NCBI RefSeq assembly: GCF_902459465.1
Contig: NC_047071.1
Location: 4,340,001-4,404,000 of the forward strand
Source of the DNA: Asterias rubens
Taxonomy: Eukaryota
Direction: 5' to 3'
Length of the DNA: 64,000 nt
Shown: piece after piece, positions 1-13,900 of the stretch
Layout of the letters: every line of letters starts with the position of its first letter
Numbering within the stretch: the stretch's first letter is position 1
Position numbers and translations under genes: made by a program
The notes under the pieces: model-generated
Seen by the model: the letters and a program-made list of their open reading frames with translations, nothing else
Databases searched by the model: none
What the model was told of the DNA's origin: nothing

Positions 1-699
1 TTGATTTGTTGTCAATAAGTATCACAAAACAAATGAAGACAAATAAATAAGCATTGCAAATAAACAGAATTTTGTCACTATTTTTATTTTATTTATTTTT
101 TTTTTATTTTTTTTGGGGGGGGTCTTAGGGTTCGGTGATGGGTGGTGCGTGTGAGTCGAGTGCAAGCAATGCGTTGTCCACTGCTGGTGGGAATCATTTA
201 AATAATGTTTGAATAAGCCATGGCTTGGTGTACCATATGAAAACTGAAAGCTAAAGGTAATATTGAAACTGCATGTATTACTCAAAACGAATGAGCGATA
301 TAGGTTTCCTCAATGTCCAAAACATCCCCCTCATCCAATCCTCGACTGACCCACCTGTCAAACACTCCTTACGGCCCAAGCCTAAACAAACACATATCAA
401 TATCACATGTCACCATCATCCTTTCCATTCTGAATGCATATTTCGGCCCCAGTAGATGTAATATGTAACGCCCCACTGCCTAGCAATCCATCTTATGTAT
501 TCTTAAAGGAAAGATGGCCCGAGGGGTCCGAAGTGTCCAGAAAAATAATGGCTTCCGCTTGTCTATCAAGTTCTAAAAGGGCAATATTTATAAAGCTTCT
601 ACGTGGAGAGATTGAATACTCCGCAGATCTTAGAGGTGGGGTAAAAGTATTTTTGCTTCGGACAAATTGTTGATTTTTAAAATAATCTCATCTTCTACA

Positions 700-850
700 A
701 TAGGCCTACTTGGCTTCCCTGGGTCGCCCCCGGTGTGTGGCGTTTTTTTTTCCAGGACGAACGTGGGTAATTATCTGCACACGTTCGTCCTGGAAAAAAA
801 AAAAAAAAAAAAACACACCGGGGTCGGCCCGGGAAGCTAAACGAACACAC
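700..850. mobile_element. ~150-bp palindromic MITE (intact copy 59878-60028)
   Basis: GGGTGC(A/G)TTCGTTTAGCT...AGCTAAACGAACRCACCC; shared core CCAGGACGAACGTGGGTAATTATCTGCAC. Confidence 0.75.
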
Positions 851-1764
851 CCAATGTATCATTTGCTTCTCAAAAATCACGATTCGCTAGTCAATAGTGG
901 CATTCAGTGTGCGAAAACAAGCTCAGTCTGAATGTTTTGCTACACAAGACTGCTGGACGATATCTTTCCCCGCTACATAACCCTAGATACATCATCAATA
1001 CCGAAGATCCGCTGATGATGAATTCCAGTCAGTAATGACGGGAGATGATGATGATACATTCTAAGGAGGAAGCATAGCTCTCAATTATCTTACAGACGGT
1101 AAAGTCTTCCCATTAGCTGTTACCTATCCATGCAAGTATGCACAATGAGTAACCCCTACGCCATAGATATTAAGTACCCACATGCACATCAAATACAACA
1201 TGCGGAAATATCTTTCATTGACAGTCAGTAACTATGACTGATAATGGGAGAAGCACCATAATATGTTACACATCCCTGAGAGGAACCGCAGAACTGTTTC
1301 TTCATTTGCTGATGAGACCATGACGAGACAAATGATTCATGCTTAGTGATGCGTGCTTAGCATCAAGTGGTTTTTGAAAAACTTGCTTTGAAAACAGACA
1401 TCTCTTCCTCAGCAGAAACAAGGCAAAATTTCGTTAGGCTGTTGAGCAGAAATGGAGCTTAGCAAATTTCTTTTCTGAGCAAAAGATAGAAGGGAACCAG
1501 TTGCAAAATATATGATAAGTTGTGTTATGGCTGGTAACCAATTTCTGCTAACCACACATTTACTGTGTTAACCAGTTTCTTGTGCTTAACAGCTTTGTAA
1601 AGTTGGGTTTAGGTCGCCTGCTGTAGTGCAACTTAATATAGTTAGTAACATGAAATTTGCGTATTTCTTGCTTATCTGTGAAGTATTTCTGCTGCTGCAT
1701 TACGCGGCAGATTTGTACTTACTGAACTAACAGTAAGTGCGATAGAAACAGGCCATGTACTTAC

Positions 1765-1913
1765 CAATTGGATTGCTATAAGAAGGACTGTCCTTAATGA
1801 GAATTGGCGGTCACAGATGTCAAACAGGTCCTCCAAGCTGGGTCCCATCAATTCCATCACCATTGCATTGTATTTACCACAAGGGCCAAAATAGTACACC
1901 TGGGGCACTCCCT
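1765..1913 (-). CDS. CSNK1G: CSNK1G coding exon 4 (149 nt; 152 nt with upstream NAGNAG acceptor)
   Basis: Acceptor TTTTTTTTCTTCGTCAGCAG|AG, donor TTG|GTAAGT. Confidence 0.95.
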
Positions 1914-4900
1914 CTGCTGACGAAGAAAAAAAGGAAAGTGGAAAATAAATACAGTTGCATCATGGTTTGTGAAAGGATTCAGACTTGTACAGGCAGCTAA
2001 TACCGTACACAGGCAGAAATTTTCTTCAGGAATAAAGTTGGTAAGACACTGCTCTAGATTTGCAAAGGTCGGGGGTTCAAACCCCACCCAAGTAATATGC
2101 CTGTGATTTTTTGCACATAGCTCGGGAAAGTACAGTGCTAACACAAAAGAAAAATTAATATGGTACACGGGTCTTGAAATAACCCAAGGCATCCAGAGCA
2201 ATCGCCGTGGTGCCCTCTGCAAGGTTTCAATATAAAGGTGTTTTCCCTGAATAAGTGCCCTTACCAGAGGAAAGTTGCTGTGCCCCTTCGAGGGCGAAAG
2301 CTCAAGATCTGGGTACACATTACACAAGAACATGTGCCCAACCTGCACTACACTGGTTAACTATATACAGCTGATTACAATTCAATATTAAACTTTTGAT
2401 TACAGCACTTGGGAAATTTGTCTATACCTGCCATTTTAAACAGCTTATTAAAGACAGTGGACACTATTGGTGATTGTCAAAGACTAGTCTTCACAGTTGA
2501 TGTATCTCAACATATGCATAAAATAACAAACCTGTGAAAATTTGAGCTCAATCGGTCGTCGAATTTGCGAGATAATAATGAAAGAAAAAAACACCCTTGT
2601 CACACGAAGTTGTGTGCTTTCTGATGCTTGATTTTGAGACCTCAAATTCTAAACTTGAGGTCTCAAAATCAAATTCGTGGAAATTACCTCTTTCTTGAAA
2701 ACTACGTCACTTCAGAGAGAGCTGTTTCTCAAAATGTTTTATACCATCCATCTCTCCCCATTACTCGTAATCAAGAAAGGTTTTATGATGATAAATATTG
2801 TGAGTAATTACCAATAGTGTCCACTGCCTTTAAATTGTTTCATTGTCATTGGATTTAATCTTTAATTAACATAATAACGAGATTTCACAACTTAATGTCA
2901 ACTACAAAAACAAAGCAGTTCCATCAAAGTAGAATGTCAGAGAAAAACTTAAATCTTTCACAATTTTGTATTTGGAATTTCCCTTGGATTTGACAAATCA
3001 GTGAGGGAGATTCCTGAAACCAATGGGTCAATATCCAATCAAACTAGGCTTCAGTGAAGCCATCTACACAAGAATATGAGAAAAATCAAGAAGAGTTGTT
3101 TGGAATAAAAAGCTTTTGTTAATGCAATATGTTGATTCATGAGCATTTGTATTGGGCCAGGTATAAATATTTATCATAATCCTAATTCGTTATTCACCAA
3201 TCCATTGACTATTATTCACCAGCTTTTAAATTTACAAATTTGAATAATATGATCAATTTAATTTCCACATTGAGAAGCAGTCCTTCTTTCAAGGAATTTT
3301 CTGTCTTCATTATACAGTGAAGATATACAGGCATGGATCTTGCGCAACATGTTTATGCGTGTGACAAACACATTGCATAGGATTCTCTCACACTAACGCA
3401 GCCAGCCACAAAAACTCACGCTTTCAGCAAAACTATTGCATTATGCGAAAACATCACACCTCTGGATGACAAAGAACGCCGCGAGCCTGACAGACTAAAT
3501 ATTCACATTCCGTACCCTGTAAGATTGAGTATCTTATGATCATGATCAAACCGCTTTACAGTGGGAAAAAATTGTGTAATTTCTAGCTTGAACTGGGCAT
3601 TTAACTAGCACAAATCCCATACAGTAAACCAGACCATCTAGGCCTAAGCCATTTGAAGCTAGGAGCTGACAATATTTCTAACAAAGTTGTTTTTCTGATC
3701 ATTAACTATTGACATGCATACACAGGTTGTCTGTGTTTGCTGCTGTAGTATTTGACGAGGTAGAGGATTCTCACTGGGGTTTCTAAAAACTAGGAAGCAT
3801 TCTGGACCCAATTGTTTGGGATGTTTGGCCAAAGCATGCTGATTTCTATCTATGATCTATACATCTTCCAACACGTACATCCCTCCAGATGAGTATTGGT
3901 TTTAAAGCCCTCCTGTGCAATCTGAAGCACTCTGGTTGTCATTTTGTTCATTTTTATGAAAGTTATATATATTTTGTCCCGTAGTCGTCTGAAATAAGAA
4001 CGTATCCGCGAGCAATTCTTGCGTATCTGCCGATGCGCTAGCGCGTATACGGGAAGAACCCTGATGTATATCTTTTATGCTTTTAATGGGTCGTCAAATG
4101 CCCCTACAATCTACATGGCTTCACAAAATCTTTGCAACTTTGCATGGTGGATAAAATGTGTCTCATCCTGCAGATAGACCCTGTAATTTATGTCATACTG
4201 ATGGTCAGAAGGCTAGATATGATCAGCAGTATCCGGTTTAGACCACTGCTTCTCCCTCACTCCCATTAGACACGGCATTGCTCTTTGACAGTCAGACTTA
4301 CAGTCCTTTCACCACATTCCTACACATTTATCATGAGTATTTGCATCCCCATCCCTTAGGTCATTCCACAGCTCCCGAGACTACGGGACAAAACGCACCG
4401 CAAATCAACTTTGCTTCCAACAGCTAATTAAGCATCACTTGCTGTTCTCTTTTGCAGAGACTTAAAAAAACCAAATCCCCTACAGCAACCAGACGCTACT
4501 GCTGAGAGGCGAGCAGGGAAGTTACGTACCGGCTCTGAATAGCATTAATCCCTTGACGCTGATAGTATTGGGGATTCCGCTCGCCCCCGGGCGACCGACC
4601 AAATGAGATTACAACACACCATATGAGCTGGCCTCCACGCCCTGGGAATGAGGATGCGGTCAAAGTTTAACTGATTAACGGGACACGAGATTAGATTAAG
4701 GGTTGTCACAGTATGTTAACTGTGGCACGTATTGAGCAACTGCAAAAAGAGCCAATTGGCCCATCAGACTGCCGTGCACTCTGAATTGCCTTGGAGCATC
4801 AACCAGTCATAACAGAGGAAATCATTTTCATTATCATAAATGAATGTGAAAATGACCTTGTTATAAAAAAAAAGGAATTAAGATTCAATTACATTTATTA

Positions 4901-7900
4901 GTTATTGCTTAACACACTGTCTTCATTAGAATCTTCCATTTTGAAGCGGGTAAATCAAGAATGATACAGCAAAGCGTTAGCAAATCTACCAATTAAAAAC
5001 AACAAAGGGCTATTTGCAATGTTCATTATTTTCTACTAATAAGAAAAATCAACATTTATTAGGATTTTTGCCCTTCTGTAGTAAAAGGGCAAATATATAC
5101 TCCATTGGTGTAGTAGAAGGACTTATCAATTCCTAATCACCAACCAGTTCTGCTTGGTTACCAGTGCGAACTAGCTTATGATCTAGCCTCGCTAAGCTTC
5201 TTTCTTTCCAAATATGTTTAACGCTACTGTTAATTTCCCATGCATAACAATTGCTTGCTAAGGAAAAGTTTTGCCTAGAAGAAAATGGTTGCCAATCCAA
5301 ATACAATGATCTTGCTTAGAAAACAAGGATATTTCACAAATGATTGGCAGTGACTAAAGGCAACTTATGCTTCAATGCATGTTTATGTAGTGATCCAGCC
5401 GTAGCCATATCCACTAATTCAGCAAACAACCCAAGTCTGCTTAGCAAAAATTTCTGCTGAGCAGCTGTGCCAATGTTCTGGTAAGCTAAATCATATGTAA
5501 AATTATCAGTCTACACCGGTAGCACAGACAACTCTCATTATGCTATCCATTGCTTGAAGGAAACCAGTTTCATATTTCTCTTAAGTACTGCATAATCAGG
5601 CAGCACGTGTTATGCTTAACCAGCATGGCATTGGGTAATTCACCCACTACACTGTGGCATGATGTCATAATCCAAACGTGCTGTAAGGGTAGAGTGGCCA
5701 TGAACCGATAACAAGCAGATTTTTTATAAAGGATTGTACGCCGCCGTTCTTAGTGTAATTATGCTGGCTGTCAAAGTCTATATAGAGACATTCGCGCATG
5801 GAGAATGATGTGGGGTTTTATTTTGTTTTGTTTTTTCATCACAAAGGAGAGACGGCGGCACATAATGTGTTTGTCATTTTAATCGTATTACAGAAATATT
5901 CGTCTGTCAAATCTCAATGATCCAATATGGTAAATGTATTAGACAAAACACATACAAGTTTATATGTGTATAACAGTATCAGACATTTTATTTTGACAAA
6001 AATTGTTTCTATGGTAAAAAATAAAGAAGTTTATTTAGTATATCTGAGCCAACATCTGATGTTGTTTATAATCATTTGAATATTCTGAAGTGATTGTGTA
6101 TTTTTTGCTACTCTTTTAAAAAAAATAAAAACATCACAAACAGTTTGTAAAAAAATAGTATTTGGAAGAGAAACATCTTGAAAAATTCATTATATTTTTT
6201 TCTCCAGGAAAATATAACCCATATCTAGGAACTCTTGTTTCAGTATGTAAAATTTCAACCCGTAACAGGTTGAGAAGAGAGAAAAAAATGCAAATACAGG
6301 GAAAACAATTTATAAAAACATACCACATAGACTCTCCTTCAATGTCAGGTAAACAAGTTTTCAAAATATTGCAAGATAAACACACCTCAGAGTAATTTCT
6401 TGGAAAGATCGATACAATTATGTGAATAAATCACAATGAAATAGAAATCTTAGCTCACAAAAAGCACTCATCCACATTTCAACACTGAGCTGCTTTTTTT
6501 TTTTATTTTCCACTTTCCGTTGGAACTCGGTGTATATTCATTTACATAATAATATCAGATTCACGGGAGGATTCCAATCCCAGCGTGCATGCGGTCTTTA
6601 AAGGCTTTGTTGGGTTACTCGTTTCACGGCGGTGTGACCTTTCCAGTCTGACCTAATTGCAACAAAAGCTTGCGCTGGTTCAGCACAGGATGTAACATAA
6701 GTCATCTATCTCGGATTCCTTGACAATTGTAATGATCGTATTACGATCATCAGAATCAATGGCACTATGACTAATTGCTATTAATATCAAAGAATTAAAG
6801 AATTTCTTCTTGGCCAGGAGCAAGACTGAACACAAATGACAAATTTTTAAAAGGCGGTGAAACTCTTCTTGAAAAAGGAAATCATCTGAAGATGTTACAT
6901 TTCAATAGAGGTTTACAGACTCTCTACTTATCACAAATTTGAAACCTAGTTAATAAGAGCTGTTTTTTGTTTCCTTTTATAGTCAGATTATCAGGAATTA
7001 CCAGTGATATTGCCCCTGGTCTTGGCCTTGGTGCCCCTTTAAGAGTTTCCGATAAGATTTTCCAAAGGAATTACCCTATTGCAAAATGAAAATGTCCTTG
7101 CCCTCTCAACAATGAGACTATTGCCTGCTTAATTTCTTTCAAGACATCTTGAGCGCACAGATAGACAAAGCATATTCAAGCTAAGTGACCCTGACGACAA
7201 AAACCCGTTGTAAATTTAATTTCCTCTTCTTCAACAGGCTAGTTTTCATGCATATATTTTTCAGATATTCTACAAACAGCCTATTAATGTTTTCCTGTAG
7301 TGTACAAAATGTACTTTGAAAGCAGAAATGATGAAAAGATGCGTCACTATTCTTATAGTTTTTTTGGCGCCAATAGTCTCAGTTCCTTGGGGCAAACATC
7401 TGCATCAAACCCAATGTAAATAGTGGAGAGGACCTGCTCAGGGAACCATTGACCTTTGATTCTGTGATGTAAGAATATTTCACAACGATTTCCCATAAAT
7501 TGATGGTACAGGATCTACCACTTTCATATACATAACAAATGTTAAGATTTTTTATCAAGTGTGAGGTTTGTTTAGTATTGAGTTGAAGTTGGATATTCCT
7601 TGAAAAACATCAGCATTTTGGTTTGATGTGAAGATGATTTCGTTGTGATTCAAAATAAAAGTAAAGGGCTACCCGATGGTTTCAAAAACGACCTAGTACT
7701 CACAATAATTGGTCCCTGCAGTTCAATCATCAGACTATTAGATATCAAGTCTGAAGCAAGTCTAATTATTTCATCTTCTCCCCCCCCCCCCCCCCCCCCT
7801 CACCTTGCTTTCTATAATGTAAACCATTGAACCCCTCTATTATCATCAGACACTTGAGTGATCATAACAATTAATTCGAAAAGGGTTGACAAGTCACCAC

Positions 7901-10900
7901 CTTGTTCATGACTAATTTTTTGACATGTGTCCTGCTGTTGTAGTAAACTGCCTGGTCGCATCTACTTTCATATGTATAAAATCAAACGATGACGATGGAC
8001 GAACTGTATCAAGAGTAGCTTATTAAAGGCAGTGGACACTATTGGTAATTACTCAAAATAATTATTGGCATAAAACCTTTCTTGGTGACGAGTAATGGGG
8101 AGAGGTTGATGGTATAAAACATTGTGAGAAACGGCTCCCTCTGAAGTGCCATAGTTTTCGAGAAAGAAGTAATTTTCCACGAGTTTGATTTCGAGACCTC
8201 AAGTCTCGAAATCAACCATCTAAACGCACACAACTTCGTGTTGCAAGGGTTATTTTTCTTTCATTATAATCTCGCAAGTTTGATGACCGATTGAGCTCAA
8301 ATTTTCAGTTAGTTATTTTATGCATATGTTGAGATACACCAACTGTGAAGACTAGTCTTTGACAATTACCAATAGTGTCCACTGCCTTTAAACACATGCA
8401 CGCACCATTGTGAACAGATAGACTCATATGAGCACACACAACATGAAAATTATAAAATAGAAATACTAAAATGCATTTTAAGGGGGTCATATCAGGGTAT
8501 TATGCTTCTAGGATCATTCCCACATATTTTAACAAAATGAGCTAAAACTACAAACATCTCTTTACTTTCATTTCCGTATCATTTGATGTAAACAAAACTT
8601 GGATACGAAATGTCCACATTCCATTTAGGCTAATGCCCCAATTTCATAGAGCTGCCACAAAAATGTATATAAAGAAAAAAATATTGCTTTAATAGCAGAT
8701 TTAGAAAACCAGCCAACGTATCATGCAATGTTCACTGCTCTTAGCTGGTTCCCTGCTTATTTATTAGGTGCTAAGCATGCTCATTAGGTAAGCATTGTTT
8801 TGCTGAGTAGCAGCTCTTAGACACAAATATTAACATTTCTAGAAGATACATTTTAACACCTGGGTAAAATAGGTGACAAATAAAATAACAGACATTATGT
8901 AACTGTTGCCAGTGATGTACACTCACATTACATTTAGGCTGGTGCAGCGCCTCCATGCATCACCTTGAACCAATGGGAGACAGGGAACTACGCGTCATGC
9001 GTCTCAAATGGCTGATCACGAAAGATCCTTACGTGAATTTACGATGGAGATGATTTGTTGCATTCAAGGTCATGATACCCCCCCCCCAACCCCCATCCTC
9101 TGACCCACCAACCATAACTGATGCAACATACAGGTTAGATAACCCTTGTTTTACCATCTCTGGATCAATCCGTAAACACATCTGGTCATTTTTCCCCCCC
9201 CCCCCCACATATCTTGTCCCACATTTTTGACAGGGTTTTGGTTGCTTCGTAGTAAATAATCATGTTTCATAACACACCTGATACATGTATCGGATTAGTA
9301 ATTTTCTTTTGATGCGAACACCACATGACATGGATCTACTTTTAAAGGTATACATTTGGTATTCACTCTTAAAAATAATGGCAATAAAAACTGACTTTTT
9401 ATGAAGTACAGCAGCTTCCGATGGTAATAAAGTATTTTAAATAGGCCTATATTTTGAGAGATGTAAGCATTTGGACATTAGGAGCTGTTTAATGGAAGGA
9501 CTTGACCAGTCTCCTTATAAAATTACAGCATTATTGGATGCCCCCCCCCCCCCCCCCAATATACACACAGCCAAATGCCCTTTCACTCTGCTTGGACAGA
9601 TCTCTCCAAAAATAGGTCCAAATACATGATCTTGTTATTAATTATTAAAATTGGCATTGTAGTGAATGTTTTAATTATTATACACAATTCCATATATGAG
9701 GCATGCAAATATTGAATCCAATTTCATAGAGCTGCTTAGCTAAGCACATAAAGTACCTCAATATAGGATCCAATTTCATAGAGCTGCTTAGCTAAGCACA
9801 TAAAGTACCTCAATATAGGATCCAATTTCATAGAGCTGCTTAGCTAAGCACATAAAGTACCTCAATATAGGATCCAATTTCATAGAGCTGCTTAGCTAAG
9901 CACATAAAGTACCTCAATATAGGATCCAATTTCATAGAGCTGCTTAGCTAAACACATACAGTACCTCAGCCCAAAACAATTTTGCCTACCAGATAAAGGT
10001 TACCAGCCAAAAATACCATGTCACACCATTTCCGACTGGTTTCCTGCTAGTTTTTTTCTTAGCAGATATTTTGTATGCAATATTGTCGGCTTTGTAAGCC
10101 TAGTTTTTTTAATGATCAAAGGGAGGGGAGTGAGGGAGACTTAGGGAGGATGAAGGTTCACTGCGGTGAGGAGACAAGACCCAAATGTTGGTTAATAAGA
10201 ATTTGGCAGCCTTACTGGGCACAACCCTGTAAGCACGAAACATTGCTTAGCACCAACAAGTTCTGCTTTAAAACAGCTTTATATAATATAATAATATAAT
10301 AATAATATCAAAGTCTTATATAGCGCACATATCTACCAAACAAGGTACTCAAGGCGCTGAGTATATATACAAACTTTCAGAAAGATAGGTTATTGCAGTG
10401 ATGAATTTTGAGACCCAATTAGTTAGCACTTTATAAGGGTTTACAAGGTGCTACGGCGCATGAAGCAGCCACAGCCAGGAACACCGGGGCGAACCCCTTC
10501 TCTTTTCGACAAGTGCACTGGGTTCTTTTACATGCGTTACACAACACTTGGGACCAACGGCTTTACGTCCCATCCGAAGGACGAAGCAATGGTCAAGTGT
10601 CTTGCTTAAGGACACAAGTGTCACGGCTGGGGATTCGAACCCACACTCTGCTGATCAGAAACACCAGAGTTTGAATTCGATAATCTTAACCGCTCAGCCA
10701 CGAAACTTCCACAAATAGGCCCTGGTACCTTTTTACAACAACAACCCAATTAATCAATGGTTATTGTATGGTACTGTATGTCAAAGGGTTTCATGTGTAC
10801 TATTGCGAAAGGATGGAAAAATGCCTAGTCATACATAGCTTACAAAACAAAAGAGCTCTACACAGTACCCTGCATGAAAAAAATGCAGAAAACTACTGAA

Positions 10901-13900
10901 ATTGGCATGATTGGACAAAAATTCTACCATGTCCCTATGGTGTCATTAAATCCCATTCTCTCAACATTATTCAATTACAAATCCAACTTCTATCTTAATG
11001 TGATGACTTGCAAAATATAGGAGCAGCTCGTGATTCATTTTTGAAAGGGCAGGGGCACCAAGGCATTTTCTCCTTGGTTAAGAGCACTCTCTATGTACTT
11101 GTATGAGGACACTTATTCTGTATCATTTCAAGGGCACCAAGGCAATGACCAGAGGTATGGAGGCAATTGCCTCCGTCCTCCGTGAAGTATCAGGCCTGCA
11201 GAAAGTAAAAGTGTAAAATAAAACCACCACCAAAAATCACAAAGTAATCAGTGCCCCTTTAACACTATCCTGTGTACACAACAGAAGCAGCAACTCGCAT
11301 TCTCCGATTTCTAATCCAATGAATTTTTGAATATATTCTGCTGGATCGAACGCATAAGACATGAGTTATGTCAACATTTGAAAGCAGCGTCTCTAGGCAA
11401 TATCCACGCGGCGATCCGACGAAAGCGTTGTCGCTCACTTCCTGTTTATTTGTAGCCAGCTTTTTTTTTTTGTAGGTGTGAACAAATAATGAATGAAATC
11501 AATTCCTTTAAGTTCAAGGAATTTCTTGATGTTAGCGCAGACTACTGGTAACAACAAGGTGATGAGGGCTTTTTATTTTGTACCATGCTAAAGCTGAAAT
11601 CAATATATTTGGAATTTAGGTAAGATGTGTTTACGGTAAAACAGAGCTGTATACTTTCTTATCAAGGAAGCTTTCTTTCCTCGGTTTTAATTTGTGGATA
11701 AAGGGCAGAAGTAATGGACATCATTAAAGGTACAATGGTTTATTTTTTAAACAGAGATATTGGAAAGAACTCCTCTAAGTTTTTGTCTTGTTTTTAAGGA
11801 CATTTATAGAGGTGTTAAAAGATCAAATGATAATTCACACCATTTAAACACGGGTGGAGACAAAAAGCATTAACTCAATTTTAATTTCCTAAATGCAAAA
11901 AAAAGGGTGTGGCAGTAATAGATTATTTATCACAATCCCTTTTCTTTTTACTTTAATGTGTCCAAGATTTCACCTCAGGATAATGGGAATTATCAATGAA
12001 TGTGTCATCGGCCTTTCCCAGGAGTAAAAAATATGAACGGTTAAAACACCTGTTTTGAGCCGAGGCAAATGTGAAATCCTATGCACAAGAATCTGTAAGA
12101 GCTTTCATCATGTCAGGAATAAATAGTTGGAGCAAAAAAAAAGAGAAGGAATTTCTTGAGGCTCCGACCAATTCCAAAAATGTTTCCTTTGATAGGAATT
12201 TTAATTCATGATGGAAACATGGGATTGTTGATGGAATTGGGAAGCAGAGGGTCAATGCATTGTAACTAGGACTTAAAAAACTTGATGAAAATCAATGAGC
12301 CGACAGATATTCTCTTTCTGAAGTTAAAGACAAAATAACATAAACTATCAATAAAAAAAGGGTTTATCAGGTAATTTTGTTTTAATTGATAAAAACTGGT
12401 ACAGGTAGCTTTTTTTTATTTCTGTTAAAAACATCCCGCAAAAATTGCAGTAAACCACTGACAAAAAACAATGTAAAATATAAATAAAGAGAAGAAAATA
12501 AAACAGTTGGGTTGGTTTCCATCTCAATTAAGATGAAGTTACAATTCCTCTTCAGAAGCAGATCGTTGGCACAAGTACTTGACTGGTTGACATTTTGTCT
12601 TTGCACATACTAATAATTGCATCTTCGATCTTTTGAAGAAGAAGGGTTCAATCACTGCAGCTTCTCAGTAAAAAACATCTCGCTGCAGTAATTTCTCAAT
12701 CTTATGGCTTGATCGAACTAATTTGATCGACGGGTCCTACACATGGCAGGAAATATATGGTATTGCGGGTTCCTACATCTGACAATAAATCCCAGCCGGG
12801 GGTCGACTGAATTTTTTAACCTTCTCAGTTGCCATTCTGAAATATACAATTTAGGTGACTTATGGCAGAGTTTTACTCTTAACTACATCTTGGTGCATGG
12901 AAATTGATAGAAAAGATCAAACACGAAAATTTATGTCTAACTTTAATTTTCTCATTTCAGTTGTGTGCAAGATAATTAAACAAAAATTAAATTGAAGAAA
13001 ACACTCCATAACATTGAGGCTTTAATTGTTTAACGTATTTTACAAAGGTGGAACAAATAAATAAATAAAACAAAAACTTGCTCTGGTAACTTATTTCATT
13101 GTCATATCTAAATAACATTTCTTTTAAAGGCAGTGAACACTATATTGGTATTTAATAAAAAATAATAAATATCATAAAACCTTTCTTGATTACGAGCAAT
13201 GGGGAGAGTTTGATGGTACAAAACATGTGAGAAACGGCTCCCTCTGAGGTGCCATAGTTTCCGAGAAAGAAGTAATTTTCCATGAATTTGAATTCAAGAC
13301 CTCAAGTTTAGAACTTGAGGTCTCGAAATCAACCATCTAAACACACACAACTTTGTGTGACAAGGGTGTTTTTTCCTTTCATTATTATCTCGCAAGTTTG
13401 ATGACCAATTGAGCTCAAATTTTCACAGGTGTGTTATTTTATGCATATGTTGAGATACACCAACTGTGAAGGCTAGTCTTTGACAATTACCAATAGTGTC
13501 CACTGCCTTTAAATAAGCTGCCTTTCTAATTTATACCTTGTTTCTGCTTTAGATTCTTATTAAGAATCAAACCAATATTAAATGAAAACTACACATCTGG
13601 AACAAAGATCTACATGTCCCCCTGAAAAAACATTACAGATATTAATATGTTGTCTGAGTGTAAGAGAAAACTACATGGATGCCTCCAGCCATCTCATTGA
13701 AACATGAAACATGAGCAATTCTCCCGAGAGATAAAACACACAACACATCTTCATCAGTAAACCATTTAACCCAAAGCCAACAACAAGACAATAGATGCAG
13801 CAGAGTATTACTTGAAGCTGCTGACAACAAGATCGACAAGGCTTTCGGATCAGATGACTGCATTCAGTTTCTGGCAAAACGGGCAGTCTCTTTCGGCAAT

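Noticed and set aside
480-660. Minus-strand peptide FVRSKNTFTPPLRSAEY..., faintly like a Penelope-type RT N-terminus
   Set aside because: Too short and weak to call without a profile search.
1-1764. Next CSNK1G exon (HRD-region, IYRDVKPEN)
   Set aside because: Not found in the remaining sequence; it must lie beyond the window edge.
3420-3516. 97-nt minus-strand segment with good splice signals (TCTTACAG| ... |GTGAGT)
   Set aside because: It has an immediate stop and no homology; such pairs are expected by chance in a 17-kb intron.
4440-4720. GC-richer intronic island with TAATCC/GATTA homeodomain-type sites (similar islands at ~11380-11460 and ~39780-39960)
   Set aside because: Short motifs alone cannot support an enhancer call without conservation or chromatin data.
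6134-6395. ORF containing [11 protein letters not shown], superficially like the CK1 exon start
   Set aside because: No register-consistent kinase motif and no usable splice phases.
8039-8233. Recurrent similar short ORFs ([10 protein letters not shown]..., 23453, 43097, 47852)
   Set aside because: They are translations of MITE family A copies, are not conserved in frame, and have no transposase motifs.
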